This document shows positions 43,100 through 64,000 of a stretch of DNA of 64,000 nt, one piece after another (position 1 is the stretch's first letter; every line of letters begins with the position of its first letter). The translations under genes were made by a program, and so were the position numbers. Source of the stretch: Chrysomallon squamiferum (lineage: Eukaryota; Animalia; Mollusca); NCBI GenBank assembly GCA_012295275.1, contig CM022672.1, positions 8,556,001 to 8,620,000 on the forward strand, read 5' to 3'. The notes beneath the pieces were generated by a model. It was not told the origin of the DNA and made no database searches. It worked only from the letters and a program-made list of their open reading frames with translations.

Positions 43100-44638
43100 A
43101 CGCACAAAAACACACACACATACATACATCTCCCCCCACACACACACACATTTATATTCCAGTCATGAAAATACTAACCGTCGTATCTAACCAGGCAGAG
43201 TAACAAATAGGTCATGTAACATTACACAACTAAAATGCGATTGAAAATACATGTTTATATTTTTATTTTGCTGAAATATTAAATAGTAAACATGAAAAAT
43301 TAAAAAAAAGAAATGATAAATGAGAATAGAGGATCGATACATTAATCACGAGAACACCACAAATATACGGTTCTGAAATTTTAAATCTGCCAAAATGAGA
43401 AGATAGGACGCCATGCAAAGTATAAATGTAGCGCACCACCTAAGTCCATAGGTGAACTTCCATACGAAAACCAAACCGATTTAGCGAGTATATTACCAAT
43501 TCATAACACGTAATTGATATAATATCATATGTTATTATTTCCCTGTATTCGATAGACAAAAACATGGAATCTATGTAAATATACACTGTAATCCGTATCT
43601 ACGTACCGGTTTTGGGGTTCGTGGAAGTTTGCGCTTCAAATGCACTATTTTGTCGAAAACTATAAATAGCAACAAAACTCGGAAAAACCCATCCTAACAG
43701 AAGCGCCCATTTATTCTGTGTTCATACTGATACTGTCTGCTGTTTCTTTCATTTCACGTGTTCTTATTTTTGCGGATCTGTGATTTATTTATTTATTAAT
43801 TTAGTAGTAGTGACAGCAGAAGTAGTAGTAGTAGTGACAGCAGAAGTAGCAGAAGAAGAAGTAATATTAATATTTCTTTTTCAAACTGGCAAGACATCGA
43901 GAAATAGAAGTAACAGACTGAAAAAGACTTTAAATAAATTAGTGTATGCAACGAACTCGGGTGAAACGTATTTTTTTTTTCTTCTTTGTTTTTAATAGTT
44001 TCTTTACTAGGCGGGACCACTTTTACTGACTAGTCGGAAGACTAAATCGATCATGAATACAATTTTTGAGGAATAAAAAAAGGTTGAAAACTTCATACTT
44101 GTTTATTTATTAAATTTAAAAAAATAATAATTATTATTATTATTACAAGTATTAATAATATATTTTACTTCATTAGTTTAAATGTCCATTTTTTTTCATT
44201 TACATTTCTTCTTTTACATGTTTTTTTTTTTTTTTTTTTTTTTTTTTTTGATAAGATGTTTTTATTTTGGGATCTTAAACGGATTACACCTATTTATATT
44301 TTATATGAAATATATATATCCAGCAATCATAAAATTAGTGGCAAGATACGATGTCTATAAATATAAATAAGTGTGTGTGTTTGTGTGTGTGCGCGCGCGC
44401 GCATACATAAAACCACATCATTTTGAAAGCTGTCTTCAGACAGTGAAATCATAAGTTATGAGCATGGTACATGGTAAAAATAATGATTTATTCTTTAGCT
44501 TATTTTACTTCAGAAAAGCAACTTTTTGTTTCTCTTTTCATACAGGGAACACCGGTCCGCCCGAACGCCGTAACTGTTGTAGCAGACGTTACGACAACGT
44601 CCCGCGGACATCTTCTTCATCCAAACACATTTACAGAT

Positions 44639-44696
<58 letters not shown>

Positions 44697-44762
44697 TAAA
44701 TAGTTATTAAACCATATCCACTTACAAATACATTGTCCATGCATGCATACATAGTACGTATA

Positions 44763-44820
<58 letters not shown>

Positions 44821-45970
44821 CATGTGTGTTGTAGATAATCAGTTGACGCAGGAAACAGTTCAATTGATTTGTACTTATGTTACACAGCTGTTGCTCATTT
44901 ATTTACAATGAAGTGTGCCGCGTCTGAACAAACTATTGATCAGATTAACCCTAGCAGTTCATTTCATCTTGACTCCATAAAGCTAAATCATAGAAAAAAT
45001 AATAATAATAAATAAACAATAAATAAATAAATGTGTAAGAAAGAATGAAAGAAAGAAAGAAAGTAATGAAAGAAAGCTGAAAAATAGATAAAGTCAGAAA
45101 TTAATAAATATATGCTGAGAGAGAACAAGAATAACATACATATATCTATATCTATCTATCTATCTATCTATCTATATATCTATCTGTCTATCTATATATA
45201 TATATAAGCAATCTGCAGTTTCAGTCTTAGTGGTACTTTGGTTAAGAGCAAGTGATTCTTTTAAACGTGCTTTGAAATAAATAAGCACAGACGTCTTCAC
45301 ATAAGTAAAATTTGAAATAGTCTTTTTGAAATAAGTAAAGCAGAAACATTAGATTTTCATCAGTTTTGGGATCAATAAAACAATTTGTGACCACATTAGA
45401 CCGGGTCGTTATTCTATTGTGTATTTTAACATATGTCGTTACATCTACACGTCTGATCTTGGTTTATTATATCGAACAACACATTCATTGTTGAAGACGT
45501 TGAAATCAGCAGTGACACCAGTCGCTGAAAATGGTGTCTGGTGTTAGGTACGTTATTTTGTTACTTTGTCTGTTTGTCTGTACATCTTTCCATTTACTGT
45601 TATGTATTTGTTTAGCTTCTTCGCACGACATCAGATTTATTACTAAGATATTTAAATGGCGGATTTTTTCTTATTTTTTTTAATGTATCTTGTTTTAAGC
45701 TGTACAAGACAAAGATTAACACACGTGAAAGTCTCAAGAGTTGAAGTATAATAAATAATAAAAAGTTGGCGTGCGCGCGCGCAGTATGTTCATAATGCAG
45801 TTAACAGTTTTATGATCATTAATTTAGTTTAAAAACAGAATGTTTCTGATCTGTACAGTAAAATCCAGCTGCTGGATCGTAATAAATCAATAATAAAACG
45901 TAGTAATTGTATTTAAATGTGCTGTTTTTAATACAGACTGTTTACTTTTCAGATCTTGTATAAATATAGG

Positions 45971-46205
45971 ATGAGATGTCGACATCTTCCAAGAAGGCTG
46001 TGCAGGAAACTGTGCATGCTGGGGTTGATGACGGCAGTGTTGTGGTCTGGTATTTATCTCATGCTCGGAGAACTGGAGAAAGACTCAGTTAAACCAGGTC
46101 AAGATATTGTCTGATGCCGTAAACATAATTCAAGAAAGTTATGTTATAAATATCATATATTCATATTTTTCTTAAGTGTTAATTTAGGCTTTTGTGTCTA
46201 TGAAG

Positions 46206-46275
<70 letters not shown>

Positions 46276-47583
46276 ATAGATGGATGATAGACTGATAGAT
46301 GTATAGAAAGATAAATAGACAGACATATATATAGTTAGATAGAGATACATATTAAATAGATAGAGATACATATTAAATAGATAGAGATAGATAGAGACGA
46401 ATATAAATTTTAAAAGTATTTACGCGTCTAATGTTTTTAAAAATATTAACATATTGTTATAAGCGCTATAGTAATAATTACATATCAACATTTTCATATT
46501 TCAGAACGTCCGAGCCGAGATCACATTTTCTCAGAACGCAAAGCCAAAGTTCTTTCTTTCTGTCGTCATAATTTGACGTTTAACGTAGACAGTGTTTGGA
46601 TACACGAAGATTTAAACATTGCCTACTGTCCGGTTGCAAAGATTGGTACAACGTACTGGAAGAGAATATTTTTGTTTTTGAGTAACGATACTTTCAACCT
46701 GAAAGTAAAAACACCATTCGACATTCCAAGGAATTACGTGCATTACGGGAAAAGGAAAAGAACAAAAATTTTAAAATTTCAAACGCAGAACGCTACAGCT
46801 ATTTCAAAATTGAGAAAATTTATGTTCGTTAGGGATCCGTATTCCAGACTGTGGTCTGCATACGTTGACAAATTCTTTCTGCCAGATTTCTGGAGGACGT
46901 ACGCCAAGTTTCCAGTCGAGATGCGCGAGGAGAAAACGAAGCAGTCCGTTCTGTGTAGGCACGACGTCAGGTTTGAAGAATTTTTAAAATACGTCGTCGA
47001 CGTCAGCGTCAATCCAACGTACATGAACGAACACTGGAAACCCATCGTCATGATGTGTGATCCGTGCCTGCTGCTGCCTGACGTCATTGCGAAACAAGAA
47101 ACATTCGCAGAAGATTCCACGTTCATTCTTAAAGCTCTAAAACAGGAACATTTAGCGGAATTTAACAGTCACCGCCAACGTCTTCATGGCGAGATTTCAA
47201 CGCTGATAGACTACAACTTCGCTCTTGTGAAAAAGAAGTTTTACAAAAAGTGTCTCTCAGACAGGACTGTGGCTGCTCGGCTGTGGAAAGCGTTCCAGCT
47301 GAACGGTTATTTACCGTTTGATGTCGAGTTTGAGAACCTCGTTTCAAATGTCTCTTTTCTAGACGCCAGGACGTTTAAGTCGCTGGTGATAAAAACGTTA
47401 ATTAGCAGAACGTCCTCTCTCGACGACTGGCGAAAACAACGCCATGACGTCATGGTGCGAGCTTACAGAATGGTAGACAGAGCAGTTTTAGAACAAATAG
47501 CTCAAACATTCCAGTGGGATTTTCTTATGTTTGGATATAATCAATATCCAAAAGATATTTTCTCTTTTAAGAAACTGTTGTAG
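45971..47583 (+). CDS. Golgi carbohydrate sulfotransferase, HNK-1/CHST8-14 (CHST11-like) family, ~401 aa
   Basis: Exon 45971-46097 encodes a type II membrane anchor (MRCRHLPRRLCRKLCMLGLMTAVLWSGIYLML). It splices in frame to exon 46505-47583, which has the 5'-PSB motif YCPVAKIGTTYWK, the 3'-PB motif FVRDPYSRLWSAYVDK, and NEHW..CDPC. Confidence 0.92.
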
Positions 47584-48285
47584 TACTAGCATCTGCGTCA
47601 ACGTGAATTTAAATCAGATTTACATTATACTGTCATAGAATGTACACACACTCCTCTATCTTATCTGTTTCATGTGTCTCATTCTGCTGTGAAAATTGCG
47701 TCTGGATTTTTTTCTTTTGGCACGTCTTACATCTATCTTTATACATACATATCTGTGCTTAGAGATTTTGTACTTAGAACTCCTATTATATATTAGTTTC
47801 ATTAGGTGAAAAATTTGCCAACATAATCAGGAGAAATCCAGTCTCAACAAAGAACACACTGAGAAACATTTCAATCCTCTGAAAGAAACACTTTAATCAT
47901 GTGAAATTTGCGCTTAATTACTTGAGAAATTCGATCTTCTAATAACACAAATTCAACATAATTACATAAAAGAAAAATTCATGTTAATGACTGGACTATT
48001 TCAGCTTATGGACAGAAAAAGCTCAGTCTACATATCAAAAGTTATTCCAAATCAAAACGAGTGACAAACAGCTGTGAATGTTTTTGTTACACGACACGAG
48101 GACAAAACCACCACAACACCAGGTGACAAAATCCAAACCGCTCATTGTAAATTTGAACAAAACCCTAGCTGTTTATTTTATACAGTTTTATGTACATAAA
48201 TGATACCGTATGACTTTTGAAAAGAAAGCTGAACAGCTCATAATATTTCCTACAGATATTTTATTTGTCTTGTGTTATGAAAAGC

Positions 48286-48660
<375 letters not shown>

Positions 48661-50272
48661 AGTATTTACTTTCATGATTATGTTGACTGTCGTGAGAAAG
48701 TTTCTTCAATTCTTAAAGTTTCTTGTTTTTAGAGTCAATGTCTGTCAAACATTTCTCGTTAGCCCTGTAGTTGTTTCAGCTTAATACCGAAAGCTGATTT
48801 CTAATTTTTATGGAGAAGCGGTTCATAAGCCTTGGAGGGATTTTTTCGTCCTGTCAATTTGTATCTGTTACAATCCATTTTCGTAACACGGTCTTCCTGA
48901 TGCTGATTCTGCTCGTTTTCAAATCTGCCCGGTGTTAATTAAACATTAATTGAAGAAAATCAAGACAAACATGTTTTTTTTTTAAATTATTATTTTGTTT
49001 TTATTACTAAAACAAGCCACATCGACACAGTTTAAAAGCAGGATAAAAACAAGAAAAAAAAATGCAAATAAGAAAATAATGTAATCATAATAAAGATTGA
49101 TATCTATAACAATTAATTATTAGTAAAATCTGATATTCAGTGTAATAATTTAATAATATTAATTCACTCAGTATACCAAAATTCTAGTTAAAGACACTGG
49201 ATACATTTATACGTATTAATATTTTTGATCAAGTCAAATATCAATATACTGTTTATGTAGAGCTACTGTGAGTTTTCAATCCCACTAGATTATTCGTGAA
49301 TATCCACTAACATAAAATTACATTTGGATAATATTTTATATTTAAAAATATTACATAAATAAAAATATATACAATATAAAATAATAATAAAAATTACACG
49401 GATCAAAAATCATAAATCTTATATTGTGTAAATTTGCAAATAAACGTAAAATTTATCTTCACATCCTGATATTACATTATAACATGTAAACTATTTAATA
49501 GACTTGAAAAGTGAGAACATAAACAACGGTTAGTAAAAAACAATTAACTACAAAGTTTTTTAAAGGTTTAAATAAAACGTCAAAAACACAAAAATAAAAA
49601 TTGAAAATGACCATTATGTTCTGTTAAATGTTAAAACTAATTGTTTCTTTTTCGTTCCTTCTTCTGATTTATTAACTAATTTATTTGTTTGTTTATTAAT
49701 TTTTAAACTCTGTTTCTAAACATAAAGCAACCACATACGATTGACCAGGTAAATACACATCGTGTATACATTTGAACGTCAATATTTAAACTAACAGGGA
49801 AAAAAGGAATAGATAACATAATCACGACTGGGATATTTCTCTGTGTGATAATCAAAGAAGGAACAAGCCAGAAACATTATCTGTGTGTTAACTAGCATGA
49901 AAGGACGATGCTGAGAGAAGTGGTTGTGTTCGTTCAATCAGTGTTATGAAGAATTTGCAGATTAAGAAAGAATGTTGATTAACAGAAAGCGAGATTTGTT
50001 TTCTCTTTTCTCACATCTCTTTCTACTCAATGAAACAACAGTAACTTTTCAGTCCTTAGATTTATCCAAGTCCATATTTCACTGTAACAAGTATCTTTCA
50101 AAACGTATTATACCAAAGACGTATCATTCACCTCAGCTGCAACTCATAGACAAATTAAAGATACCACATGCAAAGAAAACTAATTGATTATCCGAACATT
50201 GGAATCTGTGGTGTTGACAGATGGCATCATAACAGAATGAAGTCAATAGGTAATAAATGAATAATTAGAAAT

Positions 50273-51701
50273 GATGTCGTCCCATTTGTCGAATTCCAAA
50301 TTAGTCAAAATAACTCGTCTACCGAAATATCTGATTGCCTGTGTATGTAATGAACATGGCCTCTTCATAGTTTTTCATAGTTCCTCCATGGCCTTTTGTG
50401 AATACAACTCTGTTTATATAAACTTTTATTAGAGACGGACAATGGTTTATTTATAAATACATGTTCTCCATGGCCTCTTGAGTATATAAGAAGATGTTTT
50501 TTCTAGAATGGTTCGTTTACGCAAGCTAGAATTTGTGCAGTCAAATTGTCGAAAACAACAAGTTTTGTTAGATGATTGATTATACGTACAGTTGTATGTA
50601 GTTATTGAAGAAACCACATATTGGAGATGCACCAATCGACCCTGTGTCGGCAAGATCACCACAGTTGGTGGTTTTGGGTTATGACCATGCTCCGAATAAT
50701 GAAACTACCGTCAAGTTCGTTAGTAATATGAGAATTAGAGCACGATCCGAAACAACACCTATGCAATAGATCTTCAAGAGTTTCATGTACCGATAGCGAC
50801 GAACCATGATGCCTACTCTCCCACAGACACTCCAAGATGTCGATGGTACGTTTACCTGCTGTCCACAGCTCTGGAACCAATTCTAGATGCCTGTAAAGAT
50901 GACTAGACGTACCGACTAGTGTATGTCTTCCTTCCAGATCGGCAGACACCACCTACGTCTGTCTCAGAACCTGAAAACCCACGTTCTGCGTTTGTTCAAT
51001 CGAGTATTAGATCCAGGTTGTGTACAGACAGACTTTGAAATGGCAGCTATCCGCGCATACGTCAAAGGCTGCATGTTTCACTACATCAGGCCATTTGCCG
51101 TAAGACCCAACAGACAGGCCTACCCGAATAGTACAAGAACGACGATGCCGTGAAAACCTGAGAGAGAAGAGCTGCCGGTTTAACACTACTTCCGATGTGT
51201 TTGGATGCTAATTAGAACCACTGCAGCACTACACAGAGTTGAATTCGACGATTACGTGGTGACAACGAGGGTGGACGATGACGCAAGATTTCCTATTCGC
51301 ATGTGAAATCACTTCACCACTGCTGGCCCAAGAACGAACAACAATCTCGGTTTCCATTCGCGAGACGTGCTGCTTCTTCGTCGACATCCACACATTTACA
51401 GATTTGTTGACTTGATGAAAGGGTTAGAGAAATGAGAAAGAGCGAAGTGGCGGTAGTTGAATTCTGCAGATGCACCACCACCGAGGAAGAGACCTTATCG
51501 AGAATTCAACAATAGAGTCAGTCATCTCAGTGACAGAAACAAGACACCACTACCTGGATGCCATTGGTCACCCCATGAAGCTGCAGTGATATCTTCTTTT
51601 TAACTTATTTTCAGTAATTCACTACATCGAGACCACTGAACAATATTTATTGTTATTTTAGCAATTCGACCACTTGGAAATTCGACCAATTGGAGAAAGC
51701 C
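50273..51701 (+). mobile_element. Decayed Mutator/MULE element with FLYWCH finger
   Basis: Fragments YWRCTNRPCVGKITT (FLYWCH-like, ~50620), QTDFEMAA..VKGCMFHY (~51030) and GPRTNNNL..HPHIYRFVDL (~51330-51415). Imperfect terminal inverted repeats contain GTCGAATT at 50280-50311 and 51663-51694. Confidence 0.75.
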
Positions 51702-51877
51702 TTTGAAACAAGTTTATTATATTTGCCCATGGATTTTCGTTTTCAATTTTGTTTTCCATTTAAATATAATGTAGATTGACAAACGTTTTGAAACAGCTAT
51801 TAGTTACAATATTCTCGTTCATTTTGTTTGGTTTTAGTTTGCTGTTCTTGTCCTGTGTACATCTTGTTCTGTGTACA

Positions 51878-52292
51878 AACTGAAAACCTGCAAGAATTAC
51901 GTCATGTCTGACCACTCCACCAATCCTTTCAAACAATGTCAAAACCTTTTTACCAATAAACAGTACAGACCTAAACACAACCACGACGTCACAAGAAATG
52001 ATATAGAAGATGACAAGCCGTAAACTAATGATTAAAAAATATACTCACACAGTCTGATACAAGGTTAGATATGTATCAATGTAACTGAAAACCTGCAACA
52101 ATTACGTCATGTCTGACCACTCTACCAATCCTTTCAAACAAATTATCACACAGTGTCAAAACCTTTTTACCTAAAAAACAGAGTTGAGACCTCAACACAA
52201 CCACGATGTCACAAGAAATGGTATTGAAGCTGACAAGCTGTAAACTAATGACTTAACAAAGATACACACACAGACTGATACAAGGTTAGATG
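51878..52292. repeat. ~205-bp direct duplication downstream of gene D (likely 3' UTR)
   Basis: AACTGAAAACCTGCAA..CTGATACAAGGTTAGAT occurs twice in tandem. Confidence 0.85.
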
Positions 52293-52359
52293 TTTATTAC
52301 ATTAAGAACACAGGTGTTAGAAATAAAGAATAAACAAAAGTATGTCTTCTCTTCTGTTC

Positions 52360-63299
<10,940 letters not shown>

Positions 63300-63554
63300 G
63301 TTTTCTGATTAAGACTAAAATACAAAAACTTTATTTGCTATAGACTGACTTTGTAATTTTTAATAGGACACAAATAAGTAAATAAAGTACTCAGATATAT
63401 ACTGAGTACTTATCTGATTAAGAATTATATAGATATACCTAAATTTGTAACTTTTTATTAAGACATAAATAAATATAATAAACAAGATTTAATGCATTTT
63501 ATGTCAGAAATGTTTAAATGTCTAAATTTTATATGAGACATATTTCCCTTTCTT

Positions 63555-63598
63555 CTGAAAGTGATCAGCAAGGAAACTGAAACCTAGCTACACGTCAC
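63555..63598. promoter_or_regulatory. ISRE-like motif upstream of gene D
   Basis: GGAAACTGAAACC at 63572-63584, ~270 bp 5' of the ATG. GAAAGTGA and CACGTCA are nearby. Confidence 0.45.
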
Positions 63599-64000
63599 TG
63601 GACATTTTTTTGTAACATTGGTAAAATAATTATGTTATTACTTTAGTACTACTACTATCATTACTACTACTACTACTATTATTATTACTACTACTACTAC
63701 TACTACTATTACAACTACTATTACTACTACTACTACAACTACTATTACTACTACCGCTACCACTACTGCTACTACTACTCACAAAGTCCGGTTTTACTAC
63801 ATGTAGCATGAATACACTAATCTGATACTAAGTCAAACGCTAATCTGAGACGGATTGTGGACAAAATGAATTTGTATTTTATTTTTTTAATTTTTTTATT
63901 TTTTCAGATTTCAAAATGAGGACGTGCTATCAGAATCCAGGCTTCACATTTTACAAGAGAGAGGACTGTCCCAACTACTGTTACCACTATTACAACTACT

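Noticed and set aside
46779-47347. Antisense ORFs within the sulfotransferase exon
   Set aside because: Shadow ORFs of the plus-strand CDS.

Overview
AT-rich, microsatellite-rich, intron-containing animal DNA (probably an invertebrate such as a mollusc; this is inference), with one 200-N scaffold gap at 9334-9533. The window is dominated by a minus-strand tandem cluster of four divergent Mind bomb (MIB1/MIB2)-like E3 ligase genes that I spliced by hand. Gene D (63299-52360) is intact: MIB-HERC2/ZZ/MIB-HERC2, one MIB repeat, ankyrins, one RING. Gene C (42777-37119) lacks the whole N-terminal MZM module. Gene B (23554-9725) has no RING exon visible. Gene A (5972-<173) has frameshifts and a stop. 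There is also an orphan MIB exon. Embedded in the cluster are a small two-Ig-domain, probably GPI-anchored gene and a plus-strand CHST-family sulfotransferase. Decayed hAT and MULE transposons and many intronic minisatellites fill the rest. Most notable: the MIB-like genes and the unrelated Ig gene share a copied upstream block carrying ISRE-like and kB-like motifs, suggesting a co-regulated innate-immune cluster. The paralogues also show domain-level diversification and patchwork gene conversion, and several intronic minisatellites are built from copies of the adjacent splice junction.
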